The notes beneath the pieces were generated by a model. It was not told where the DNA came from. It saw only the letters and a program-made list of their open reading frames with translations, and ran no database searches. The position numbers and the translations under genes are program-made. Shown here piece after piece: positions 51,411 through 64,000 of a DNA stretch of 64,000 bases; position 1 is the stretch's first letter; every line of letters begins with the position of its first letter. This DNA is from Eledone cirrhosa (taxonomy: Eukaryota), in contig OZ024743.1 in assembly GCA_964016885.1 (NCBI GenBank), positions 52,948,001 to 53,012,000 on the forward strand. The letters run 5' to 3'.

Positions 51411-54400
51411 GGCGACCTACGTAGTAAATCGTATCATCGTGAGCTCCGCAAAGGTTTGTTATTTCCGTTTGTTAAAAATTGTCATTTATGGAAAATTTTA
51501 TTGTTAACTGTTTATAAGCGCACATACATTGTTTTCCGAAAATGACACCCAAAAAGATTGGGGCCTTGTGCCCAAAATTTAAACTTTTATTATTATCAAA
51601 AAAATTTCTTTGAAAAAAATGGCTAATTCACCTCTGCACGAAGCAGCTGAAAGCCTTCCTCACAAATTAACACCTCACACCGACACCACCATTGTAAATG
51701 TTACTACGTTTGCCAACACAAAAAAAAATATAAGCACTAGCAATATTTTAAATTTGTCTCAGGCAGACATTCATTTCCCGCCATTACCAATGACTGCAGG
51801 TGTTAAAGCCTCCACCACCACCACCACCGCGACAACCACCACCACCACCACCACCACCACCACCGCGACAACAGAAACAAAAGAAGAAAAAAATAAATTA
51901 ACTCGTGATGTCGAAATGAAATCAAGCAAAATAGACTTTTCCCCACCAAAGACGACTGACGTCACCACCACCACAACTGAAACTAAAATTAATATTAACG
52001 ATAGCAACAACAACAACAATGACATTATAACCCCCCCCCCCTCAGTTTCGCCAGAGTAGCAAAACAGTTCGAAGCATTTACGGTAACTCAGGAGGATTTA
52101 GAAAATGCCAAACAAATGGTAAAGAAAGATGGGTACAGGGTCAGCCTCACCCCCACCTAATAAAATGGAGCATCGGCGCCTATGCACCGTGTCGTATAGA
52201 ACAATAAATGTAAAATCGCGCCGAGTGGAACGGGCATCCGAGTCCCAAATCCAAAAAGCTTTGGGACATGTGTGGGCAAGAAAAACCCACATCAGACGTG
52301 GGCAAGAGTATGGAACCGTGGACGTGTTCTTTGAAACACCAGAGGAGGCTAGAGAACACTCCATGGCCCCATTAAGAAGTGACGACTTCACACTCGTCCC
52401 AAGCTATTGTGGCCAGAGACTCGTAAAGATCAGGGTGACCCACGTTCCACCGGCCATCGAAATTCCCTGGCTAATAGCGGCTGTCCTCGCCGGCATCGAA
52501 GCCAACACGAAAATAATAGCAATAGCAAAAGAAAAGCAGGAGAACTGGTCCGGATCTGGGATGGAGCTCCTGATCCAAGCGGACCAAAAAAGCATTGAGG
52601 AGATCCCAGAGGTAATAGACCTCACTGACGGCAGCCACCTCACGGTAATTGTCGAGGGCAGAAGACCTAGGTGTGTCGTTTGTGGTGAAGGAACCCGCCT
52701 AAGGGTTTCTGCCCTCAGGCTAAAAGGTTGAGGCCACCTCTTCTACCCACCCCAGTGACACAACCATCAACACCACCAGTAGCAGAGATGGCAGCAACAA
52801 CTGTAGCAGCAACAACAGAAGCAACTATAACAGCAACAACCCCACCAACAGTAGCAAAACCAACACCACCACCACCACCAGCAAAACCAACACCACCACC
52901 ACCCAACGCTTCAGAACTAGCACCAGCGCCTACACCATCCACCACGCCACAACCAAAACTAACGGCTGTGGAGGATTTTCCACTCCCCGGCCTATCACAA
53001 CTGGAGACAGATTGTGACGACGAGGAGTGGGAAACGATATCCGGAAAAAAAACAAGAAACCAAAAAAGAAAAAATTCTCTTTCTTCCCCCTCCAAAAACA
53101 AAATACAGAGGGAAACAAATAAATTAAGAAACAAAAAAGTTAGGACAGATATGCCACCATCCACACCAGCACCACCAACCCCATCAACCCAAACACCAAC
53201 ACCATCACCATCATTAACCCCAACACCACCATCACCTACACCACAAAAGTCACCAAAATGCGAAACAGAAACAAACCCACAACAAACGCAAACAAAACAA
53301 AACAAAACAAAACAACCAAAACGATACACACTACACAGCATTAAATTTGAACAACAAGCAATTATTACACTACATCCAACACAACACCAGCATCACAGAA
53401 AAAGACTACACAACAACCCCAAAATTCACACTACCTCCACACAGAAAAGGTACATGACACTAAAACAAAAATTCCCCAAAGACATCGGAGACTTCCGACA
53501 AGCACTCTCCAGGAGGATTTATAAGGACATCCTTCCTGAGGAGGCCACAAGCAGTGAAAAGGATGGAAAAACCGTCCTTCCCCTACGAGAAGTAAGGTAA
53601 GTGGTCTTTCCCATCTTTTCCACTCCTTTTCAACATGACCTCACTCAGAATAGGCAGCATAAATGCGCGTGGCTTGGGGTCGTCATGGAAGCAGGGCCAC
53701 CTGCTCAACGACCTCAGGTCACTAAACATAGATGTAGTGGCCATCAGCGAGACCAGAATCTCCGAAGCACAGGCTTTCGCACCGATCTTCGGCGGCTACG
53801 ATGTGTACGCATCTCCCAGCCGTCCGGGATCGGGGGGAGGAGTTGCTGTGCTTTTTCGGAGAGGTTTGGATCTTGCCATACGGGCCATCTTCCTGGACCC
53901 AGAAGGTAAGTTGGTGGTGCTGGACGTGACCAGCGGAGACGGGCAAGCTTTCAGGTTAGTGGCCGTCTATGCCCCGACAGGAGCAGGGCGGCCTGATTTC
54001 TTCCGGCGTCTGGAGACCTTTCTTGGAACGTCCCGCTCTTTAGTGTTAGTGGGCGACTGGAACGGGATCTTAGATGCACGCTGGGATTGTGTGGGATTAG
54101 TGGATAGGGAAGGAGGGTGCAAGAGTATCACCAACCTGCTCAGACGTTTTGAACTGTCTGACAGGTACCGAATGGATTTCCCGAATGTACCAATGTGGAC
54201 TTGGACAAATCGCATAGGGTCATCCAGATCATATCTAGATAGAGTATTTTGTAGGGAAATAGATAGGTCTAGCATAGGCTGTCCACAATTCAAGATAGTC
54301 AGCTACACGGACCACAAATTCGTGATCTGTGTGCTTGACTTAGATAGGCTTCATAGACGAGGACCCGGCTACTGGAAGCTAAACGCGTCCTTACCAGCGC

Positions 54401-57299
54401 GCAAGGCCTACAGAGACCGGATTAGCGAACTAGTTAAGCGGGCGTTGACGGGGGCCATCGTCAACAACAAGTGGTGGTTTGCTCTGAAAAAAGCAATTAG
54501 AATAGAGTCCATTAGGTTTAGTAAGACTTTAGCAATAGAGAAAAATAGAGCAGAGGGAGAATTAGTTAGAAAATTAGATGAGGCGCTTAGCAAAGGCATC
54601 GCGACCGACGTACTTGCGGCGAAATTGGCCCTTGACCAATTCTTCAATGCAAAGCACGAAGGCTGCGTTGTCAGAGCTAGGGTGCGTGCTCTCAGACACG
54701 AGGGGATGAAAGCCGTTCAATGCGCCCGAGTGGCGGAGGCGCGTCGTGGAAACAAAGCCACGATCCGGTCTTTGGTGGACCACGACGGGCGCATGCTACT
54801 CGATCCCGGGCAAATGTGTGAAGCTTTTCAGCGACACTTCGCTCAACTGTTCGGGGGAAGTGGCGGGTCGGATCGAGGGATGGACTTTAGTGTTTACCTC
54901 GACGGACTGCCGCGGCTTTCGGCCACTGAAGCGGAGTGTTGCGAAAAGCCGATAACAACCGCTGAAGTACGGGATGCAATGACTAGTTGCACAAGGGGTA
55001 AATCGCCTGGTTTGGATGGTCTGCCCTATGAACTTTACGTACAAATGCCAAACTTGTTCGGAGGCCTCTTGGCGGACGTCTACTGCAACTGGCAACAGAA
55101 CGGGAGAATTCCCAGCTCTGTGAGCCGAGGAGCGGTGGCGCTGCTGAGAAAGGATCCGAACAAGGGGGATAACATAGATAATTTTAACCCATAACTCTGC
55201 TAAACACAGAGTTCAAGATTTTGGCCAAGGTGCTAGCAAAGAGGTTGGCGCTTGTCGTTGGTGGTCTGGTGGGAGAGGCACAGACATGCGCCATTCCCGA
55301 CAGATCCATCCACGACAACCTCCACCTCATGCGATACATCGTAGAGAGGGTAGCTAGGGAACCTGGCACGGGTGGGTCTTTGAACAATTTAGATCAGTCG
55401 AAAGCCTTCGATAGGGTCGACCATCGTTACCTAGCGGCAGTCCTGAGGGCGGCTGGCTTTAGGCCCGTCTTCAGAGGCTGGATCGCTGCCATGCACAGCG
55501 ACATCTGCTCTGTAGTGAGAGTGAACGGTCACCTTTCGGAACCGTTCAACATCATGCGCTCGGTCCGCCAAGGATGTCCCCTCTCGTCCCTATTGTACGT
55601 ATTGACTCTCGAGCCATTACTGCACAAACTGGAGACGTTGAGGGGGGTCCAGCGCGAACTAGGATGCGGAAGATCCGTGTCAGCATATGCCGACGATGTC
55701 ACCGTAGTGGTGTCGAACGCCAAACACATCGAGGCGATCGGCACTACACTAAGAGAATACGAAGCGGTGACAGGAGCAATGATCAACCAGGAAAAGTCAG
55801 TGGGCCTGCAGCTCGGCACCTGGAGAGGCAGGTCCATGCCGTCCAACAGCGTCGTCGGGCGCTGGACGGACGGACCGGTTAAATTGCTAGGGGTCTGGTT
55901 CGGTCCAGACCTCCAGACGGACAAAAACTGGGACGAGGTGACGAGCAGGGTGGCTTCTCTCACCCAGAAATGGGCCGAGAGGAAGCTATCCCTGAAAGGT
56001 CGAGCGGAGGTGGCGAATGCGTACATCGCATCCGTCATCTACTACCGCCTGACCGTCGTACCTTGTCCTAAGCCCCGCCTGACTGCGCTGGAGCGTTTGC
56101 TCTTTCGCTTCTTGTGGAAGGGACGCGCTCCGATGGTCAGGCGGTCCATCTGCTGTCAACACCCGCTACGTGGAGGGCTGGGCATGCCGTGGCTGATGAT
56201 GCGCAGACACGCGCTCAGGCTACGACATCTCCACCTCTTCCTCGACGGTGATCAGGTGTGGTCGCCGTTTGCGAGACACGTTTTTCCCCAGCTCGTCTCC
56301 TTGACGGAGCTGCAGTCCTGGGTCAAACGAAGACCGAGAAGGAGCGCTTGGAGACTGGAATGTCTTCAGGCGCTCACAGCCCTCGACCAATCGGGCAATG
56401 TGATCGGTGGAAACTCCACCTTGGCGTTCTATAGGGGATTAGTGGAGGGGATGAGCGACGACGTACTTGGAGAAACTCTAGGCGTCGACGAAAATCAACT
56501 AGCCAATCTCTTCGGAAGGACTTTCGGGCCGGGGCCTATGGACAACTTCCAGAAATCCCTGGCCTGGCAGTGCTACCGAGGAGCTTTGCCAGTTCGGGAT
56601 AAACTCTACAGGCATGGAGGTGCCGTCAGCCGGGCATGTCCGAGATGCGCGCAGGGCGACGAAACCGTCCTGCACGCACTCGTCCAGTGTCCGAGCATTG
56701 CTGACTTGTGGGTTTATGTCGAACACCTGCTGTCACGTGTAGGACGGATCCAGCTATCAGCTGAGTCCATCGTGAGGATTGCCCCGTCCCATTCCTTTAG
56801 CCTGGAAGGGCATGCAGTTTTTATCTGTCTGGTGGCCATGGCGAAAGAGATAGTATGGTGGACACGTTTGAAAGGGCTGAAGACGAGCACTTACCTCTTC
56901 GGTGATGCCCTGATTAACTTTTTCAAATTTCATTTGAAAAGGAAAATCAGGGTAGAGAGGGAAGTGCTCTCTTCCCAGCATTTTGTTGAAAGATGGGTGA
57001 GAGAAGCAAGTATGGCCCGAATGAATGGGCTTTCTCTGAGTATGTGTCTGTAAATTAAAGGTGGAAAACTGGGAGAGGGCACTTGCCCTGGTGGTCAGGG
57101 CCACTGTGGTCTTTTAATGGGCTTTCTCCACAAATGTCCCTCGGAAGTCTCCCCCCTATTGGGGAATTTTCCTTTGTTATTTTATTTCAACCTCTGTTTT
57201 TTTTTACACGCAGAAATGCCCATTTGTACCGTCCTGTATTGTCCTGTACTGTCCTTAATGTCTACTTTATGTAAACCCTTGTGGTTAATAAAGAAAACA
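51411..57299 (+). mobile_element. Near full-length L1/Tx1-like LINE: ORF1 (about 51619-53600, disrupted) and ORF2 (53635-57053, APE-RT-zinc finger, one frameshift near 55190)
   Basis: SINARGL, ISET, VYAP, GDWN, SYLD, TDH, GPGYWKLN, KSPGLDGLP.E.Y, DQSKAFDRVDH, VRQGCPLS, AYADD, LSLKGR, GGLG, CPRC...ETVLH...C. AATAAA at 57287. Both ends abut (TTA)n. Confidence 0.93.
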
Positions 57300-57479
57300 T
57301 TATTATTATTATTATTATTACTATTATTATTACTTTTTTATTTTATTTTATTTTTTTTTCCACTTCAATGATGTTCCAGAACAATATAAAAGAGATAATT
57401 GGCAATTTAGGTTCTGGAACAAAAAAGATCATTGGCAATAAGGGCAGGGGCCCCATGTTATCACAGCCTGGGCCCGCTC

Positions 57480-60400
57480 GTCATCGTGCCATTGTAATAG
57501 AGCCAAACAAGGCATTTAGTCTTGGCTGCTGGAACGTACGGACGCTGCTTGACAGGGATTCCTTGGGGCGTCCTGAACGAAGGACCGCTCTTGTTGCAAA
57601 GGAGCTTCGACGTTACGATCTTGACATCGTGGCTTTATATGAGACGAGGTTAGCTGGAGATGATCATCTTACGGAATTTTGTGGAGAATATACATTCTTC
57701 TGGAAAGGAAGAGATGAAGGAACCAGAAGAGAGGCTGGGGTAGGATTTGCTGTTAAGACTGTACTTGTGAACAAATTAGAAGAATTCCCAGTAGGGATTA
57801 GTGAGCGTCTTACGTCCATGAGAATTCCGCTGGACAAGGGAAGATATGCTACCCTGGTGAGTGTGTATGCTCCAACTATGAGTTCTGTCGATGAGGAAAA
57901 GGTGTCCTTTTACCATGCCTTGAAAGGTGTTTTAAGAAATATCCCTCAGGCAGACAAAGTCATCGTTCTTGGTGACTTTAATGCTAGAGTGGGTAGGGAT
58001 TTTAACACATGGAATGTAATCGGAAGGCATGGGGTGGGAAAGTGTAACAGCAATGGTATGCTCCTGCTGCAGATGTGTGAGGGGCTGGATCTGTGTGTTA
58101 CCAACACCATGTTTCAACAAAAGAACAAATTCAAGACCACATGGATGCATCCTGCATCTAAGGAATGGCATCTTTTGGACTACGTCCTAGTCAAGGATGC
58201 GTGACAGACAGGATGTGCGGTGTGTTCGTGTTCTTCGTGGAGCTGAGTGCTGTACGGAACACCGCCTGGTACGCGCAAATGTGAAACTAATCACTAAACG
58301 TAAAATCCGGGCTCCTGGTGTTGCCCTGCCCAAAAGATTGAATGCTGCTCGTCTTAAGGATAAAAATGTGAAGAGGACATTGGAAGAAGAGATGCAGGCT
58401 GCAGATCTTGGTGAGGATTGGCCGACCCTTAAAAAGTCGGTTTATGATGTAGGCAGGCGTGTTCTGGGATCGGTGCAGAGGAAACATCAGGACTGGTTTA
58501 ATGAGAATGATGTACATATAGAAGACTTGTTGGCTGATAAGAGGCGTGCTCTGTCACGCTACTTGACGGCAAAACCACAGGAGAGGAATACGCTGCATGA
58601 GGAACTCAGGGATGTAAAATCACGTGTTAGGCGGAGTCTTTCTCAGATGAAGGATCATCAGTGGTGGAGTGAGAAGGCTGGTGAGATACAAACTGCGTCT
58701 GATTCCAATAACACAAAGCTGTTGTACAGTCTCTTGCGTGAGGTTTATGGACCGTCTTCTTCTCTGCTGACACCGCTTCGCAGCAAGGATGGCAAAGAAC
58801 TTCTTCGTGACTCACAAGGAATTCTACGAAGGTGGCGAGAGCACTTTGATGATCTTTTGAATCAGCCGTCTGTCGTCAGTGAAGATTTCCTCAATCTCAT
58901 TCCAGAAATTCCTGTGAAAGTAGCTCTCGCAGAACCTCCGACGCTTGTGGAGGTTGCAGTGGCTATTTCGAAGCTGAATAGTGGAAGATCTCCAGGTATG
59001 GATGGCATACATGCTGAGCTTCTACAATATGGTGGTGAGAGACTCCTGCAACATCTTCACTCTTTGTTTGGCAGGATATGGGCTAATGAATCCATACCTG
59101 AGGACTGGAGAGATGCAGTAATGGTGGTCTTGTACAAGGGAAAGGGTAACAGGAACGATTGTGGGAACTACAGAGGTATATCATTGCTTTCTGTCGTAGG
59201 GAAAGTTTTATGTAGGGTGCTTCTGGACCGTCTGCTGACACACATTGCAGATTGTGTTCTTCCTGAAAGTCAATCAGGTTTTCGTGCTGGACGCGGCACT
59301 ACTGATATGATCTTCTCAGCTAGACAGCTCCAGGAGAAGTGCATGGAACAAGGCTTGGATCTGTATCAGGTTTTTGTCGATCTGACAAAAGCTTTCGATA
59401 CTGTTAACAGAGATGCATTATGGAAGGTTCTCCAGAAACTTGGTTGCGCTGATAAGTTACTTGCTTTAGTTAGGTCTTTCCATAACGACATGAAGGCTTG
59501 GCTTAATGTCGGGGGTAACGTGTCGGAGCCTATCTCAGTAAAAAATGGAGTGAAACAGGGGGATATTCCAGTACCGACCCTGTTTGCCATATACTTTGCA
59601 ATGGTTTTCTGTATTGCATTCAGGAATTGCGAGCATGGTGTTTACATCCGATATCGAACCTCAGGCAGCATATTTAACATCAGGCGCTTTGCTGCGAAGA
59701 CAAAAGTATTTACATCAATCATAAGAGACCTCTTGTATGCAGATGATTGCGATCTTGTAGCGCACACAGAGAGTGATATGCAGCACATTTTGAATGCATT
59801 TTCTGACGCTTGCACTGCCCTAGGTCTGACTGTCAGTCTCAAGAAAACCGTCGTCATGTACCAACCTGCCCCTGATAAGCAGTACACTGAACCAAACATC
59901 TATGTGTATGGCAAACGACTTGGAGTGGTTGATCAGTTTGTCTACCTGGGAAGCACTGTCAATCGATACAGCAACCTTGACAGTGAAATCTCACTTAGGG
60001 TTAGGAAAGCAAGTGATGCTTTCGGAAAGTTAGAAAGGCGACTCTGGGGTCGGCGAGACATATGCAGAAGGACAAAGGTAAAGGTGTACAGGGCATGTGT
60101 GCTCTCTTGTCTTCTTTATGCCTGTGAGACCTGGGTCACATATCGACACCACCTTAAGCAATTGGAGCGTTTCCATCAGATGTGTCTCAGACGGATCCAT
60201 GGCGTTCACTGGAGGGACCACATCAGTGATGTCGAGATTTTGGAAAGCTCTGTGTGACAGTATAGAAGCTCTTGTGCTTAAGCAACGACTCCGTTGGAGT
60301 GGTCACCTTGCCAGGATGAATGATTCTAGAATACCAAAACAACTCTTTTATGGAGAGTTGGTTAAAGGAAAACGACCGCCACATAAACCAAAAAAGAGGT

Positions 60401-60915
60401 ATAAGGATTCCTTGAAAGCCTCTCTGAAAGACGCTAACATCTCTGCTGATACATGGGAGAATATTGCTGCTGATCGTAATAAATGGAGAAAGACTGTATA
60501 TGAGGGAAAAGTTGCCTTTGAGGCATCTCGAATCGCATACGAGAAAGTAAAGCGGGATGTGAGGAAGGGCATTGCTGTTGCACTTCCAGACGGCGAGGGT
60601 CCTCCTATGGTGCTGACATGCAGCGTCTGTGCGAGACTCTGCCTAAGCAAAGCTGGACTCGAAAGTCATCTTCGCAGTCATAAAGTAAGACCAGTGGTTG
60701 ACTACCAGGCTGCTGTTGGAGATGCTACTCATCATGCTTGCCAAACATGTGGTAGAGAATGTAAATCAGCAGGAGGGCTCAAGCGTCATGCAAAAGTACA
60801 CGAACTCCAACCACAGCCGACTATTCCCAGTAAATGTTTTGGTTGCCGACTCTGTGCAAGACATTTTAGATCATTGGCTGGGCTAAAAAGCCACATTCGA
60901 TCGCAGCGCTGTTAG
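57480..60915 (+). mobile_element. RTE-BovB-like LINE (APE and RT) with three C-terminal C2H2 zinc fingers, frameshifts near 58195 and 60250
   Basis: GCWNVRTLLD, RPERRTALVA.EL, GVGFAV, VYAPT, GDFNARVG, TWMHP.SK.WHLLDY, NYRGISLLS, FVDLTKAFD, LLYADD, RLRWSGH, plus three CxxC-x12-HxxxH-type fingers. Confidence 0.93.
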
Positions 60916-61127
60916 TTGCTATCGTGTGTGTGTGTGTGTAGATATGCTTATGTGTGTGTGCGTGTGTGTGTATATATATATGTATATGTATATTATTATT
61001 GTTGTTGTCGTTATTATTATTGTTGTTATTATTATCATTATTATTGTTATTAATGTATGTGTGTGTGTATATGTGTGTGTGAGTATGTGTGTGTGTGTGT
61101 GTATATATGTATGTATATGTATATATG

Positions 61128-62370
61128 TCAGGTCACCACTTGGTGCTACTGGTAACATGTATCCCAGTACAACCTGTCTCATGGTCGGGTCGTTGGCGAC
61201 TAAACTGGCAACCCCACCAAGGTTTCTTGGTGAGGAGGGTGACTTTGGACATCCTGCAGGACTAAAAACAAAACCTGTCAAAGGGCAAAGGAGCTCTTAA
61301 GAGTCAATGGCCATCCAAAATCACTGGGAGAGATGACCCCTTAGCCTTTGTCAAGGCAGAATTCTAGGAGAAGGAAAACTCTCATATAACACCTGCAACC
61401 CTGATGGTATCCAATGATGTTGACGTGTTCTTCTTTTTGGTAAATATCATCTTCGTTAAGAGAGTGGGACTGGCTTTGTGCAGTGCCTTTGCTCACTATA
61501 AAAGCTTCATGGCACAGGCATTGCTTTGTATCTGGAGATCTCTCTGCACTTGTCGTCACATGGTACCAAAGGTAAAGCACTATGTGTCAATAATTGTCAC
61601 AAGTGTAGTGTTTGTACCAGAGTTTTCAAGTCGCTGGCTGGACTAAAAAGTCACACTCGTTCAGCGCATCGGTAAGGGTTCTCCTACATGGATATAAAGT
61701 AGTGGCCGTACTCGAAAACGAGTTGGCAGCCACCATATGTATATATATATATATATATTTCTTTTTTTTATTTATTTTTTATTTTATTTTATTTTTATTT
61801 ATTTATTATTATTATTATTTTATTTATTTATTTATTTTTTCTTTCTCCTCGTGCAATGGCCATACTCGATAACGAGGGGGCAGCCATCATGTATGTATGT
61901 ATGTATGTATGTATGTATGTATGTATGTATGGGAGAGATGACCCCTTAGCCTTTGTCAAGGCAGAATTCTAGGAGAAGGAAAACTCTGATATAACACCTG
62001 CAACTCTGATGGTATCCAATGATGTTGACTTGTTCTTCTTTTTGGTAAATATCATCTTGGTTAAGAGAGTGGGACTGGCTTTGTGCAGTGCCTTTGCTCA
62101 CTATAAAAGCTTCACGGCACAGGCATTGCTTTGTATCTGGAGATCTCTCTGCACTTGTCGTCACATGGTACCAAAGGTAAAGCACTATGTGTCAATAATT
62201 GTCACATGGTACCATGGGCCCAGCACTATGTCACAAGTGTAGTGTTTGTACCAGAGTTTTCAAGTCGCTGGCTGGACTAAAAAGTCACACTCGTTCAGTG
62301 CATCGGTAGGAGTTCTTCTACATGGATATAAAGTAGTGGCCGTACTCGAAAACGAGTTGGCAGCCACCAT
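61128..62370 (+). repeat. Dispersed non-coding family (copies 61325-61735, 61930-62370, partial 63460-63530 and 63915-64000, diverged homologue about 51120-51360), probably an RTE 5'UTR-derived sequence
   Basis: Near-identical ~410-bp copies sharing CCCCT(T)AGCC.TTGTCA.GGCA..TTCTAGGAGAAGG, bounded by (TATG)n. Confidence 0.7.
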
Positions 62371-62399
62371 GTATGTATGTATGTATGTATGTTATCTTT

Positions 62400-63372
62400 T
62401 TCTCTTCATTTCGAGTATATTTTTTTGACCGGCCACCTTCCTGGTGGCAAGGTTGTAAAAGAAAAGAAATTGTCATCCCTTGAATCCTAAGAATGTTTTG
62501 CAAATTTTGAAGATGCCAGCTATTGCAGCCATTTGTAGACTATGAATTAGGGAGCTGCGCTCTTTGTCCGCAAATCCAAGTTCAGTCATACTTTGGTCCA
62601 AGCAGGTTGGTATATAACCCGTAGCTCCAATAATGATGGGTATGAAGCTAAAGGTGTATCTTGGATACTGGATTTGTAAACTCCTCATCAATGGTCCGTA
62701 GATGTCCTCCTTCTCCTGTATTTTTCTGACAACGTTTACATCAAGTGGGCAGCTGATCTCCACAACAGAACACCTTTTCAATGTGTGGTCCCAAACAACA
62801 ATATCAGGCTGGTTGTGCTTTAATTTGGTGGCAGTTTTTATTTTCAGGTTCCACCAGTATTCCTTATTGCCATCTGTCTCAATATATTCTTCCTCGTTTG
62901 TTGTTAATTTTGTTTTCCGAAGTGCGTTCCAGATGGTTCTAGATATCCCATCGTGTCTCATGGGGAGGTAGTAGTGAGATGACATTCTTTCGCGGCTGGC
63001 AACAATGTGGCTTACATCCTCGATCTTTGTTTTACATAGCCTACATTTATTGTCAGCTGATGGCCCTCCCCTTTTGTGCAGCAGATATTTGGTATGGAGT
63101 TCTTGTTCCTGTATTGCAGAGAGATATCCCTCAAGGTGTGATGTCATAAACTTGTCTGAACTCCATGCCAGGCTTTTTGACTGGTTTATCCCCTCTATGG
63201 TCTGTGTTTTACGTCTCAAGTATGCATACACAACTTTTTCTGTAAATTGGTCAATTTTTTCATCTTGTTTGAACATTGAATAGGATCTTCCGATTTCTCT
63301 GGGTGAGAGATTTATATCAGGCTTTATTCCATATCTCTCCTCCAGATCAGTGGCTATTCTAATGATATTTTG
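62400..63372 (-). mobile_element. Second R4/Dong-like 3' fragment (CCHC and RLE)
   Basis: ORF 62473-63453: AIQEQEL, CRLCK..IEDVSH, RHD, NQPDIVVWD, VEISCP, PIIIGATG. Confidence 0.88.
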
Positions 63373-63528
63373 TGTATGTATGTATGTATGTATGTATGTA
63401 TGTATGTATGTATGTATGTATGTATGTATGTATGTATGTATGTATGTATGCATGTATGTATGTCGTCACATGGTACCATGGGCCCAGCACTATGTGTCAA
63501 TAATTGTCACAAGTGTAGTGTTTGTACC

Positions 63529-63829
63529 AGATCGATTGTGAAGACATGATCGATTATCACTGATCTCATTAGGTGGAAATGAATTGTCTTCAAATTCTTG
63601 ATATGAGGGAGAAAAATAACGATGTTTTTTCACAGAATTCATTCCCTCATATTATGTGAGAGAACATCGTTATTCTTCTCCCTCATATCAAGAATTTGAA
63701 GACAATTCATTTTCACCTGATGAGATCAGTGATAATCGATCATGGCTTCACAATCGATCTATCTCTTATTGAAACATGTGCCGTGATTAAATGATTGGAA
63801 TTTTACCTTGCCTTCGGATTTTCATTTTG

Positions 63830-63830
<1 letters not shown>
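63529..63830. mobile_element. Fold-back element with a degenerate hammerhead-like core
   Basis: Arms about 63529-63634 and 63655-63760. TCAC-CTGATGA...GAAA-CATGT at 63713-63786. Confidence 0.65.
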
Positions 63831-63860
<30 letters not shown>

Positions 63861-64000
63861 TGTATGTATGTATGTATGTATGTATGTATGTATGTATGTA
63901 TGTATGTATATGCAACCGTGATGATATCCAATGATGTTGACTTGTTCTTCTTTTTGGTAAATATCATCTTGGTTAAGAGAGTGGGACTGGCTTTGTGCAG

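Noticed and set aside
61128-61300. HDV-like or twister ribozyme
   Set aside because: Partial elements (CCAGT/ACTGG, CTAA, GAGGG) are present, but no consistent P1 or pseudoknot could be built by eye.

Overview
Eukaryotic, AT-rich, repeat-dense genomic DNA. The SINE, RTE and microsatellite content resembles an octopus/cephalopod genome (inference). One host gene can be reconstructed: a 9-coding-exon CCDC65/DRC2 (dynein regulatory complex subunit 2) gene on the minus strand (24256..5491, 1488 nt, 495 aa, all GT-AG introns in consistent phase), with a candidate RFX X-box promoter near 30.7 kb. The rest is transposons (RTE LINEs with partner tRNA-SINEs, a near full-length Tx1/L1-like element, R4/Dong-like and CRE-like RLE elements, a Naiad-type Penelope fragment, mariner, Helitron, hAT and piggyBac MITEs) plus minisatellites. 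Two things stand out. (1) A set of sequence-unrelated, (TA)n-embedded fold-back elements, several carrying minimal or extended hammerhead ribozyme cores, alongside a Penelope GIY-YIG element with an intact 3' hammerhead. (2) An inverted copy of DRC2 exon 7, its splice acceptor and a 48-bp array inside intron 4, which could fold the pre-mRNA into a long duplex looping out exons 5-6 and covering exon 7 (candidate ADAR-editing, circRNA or exon-skipping switch).
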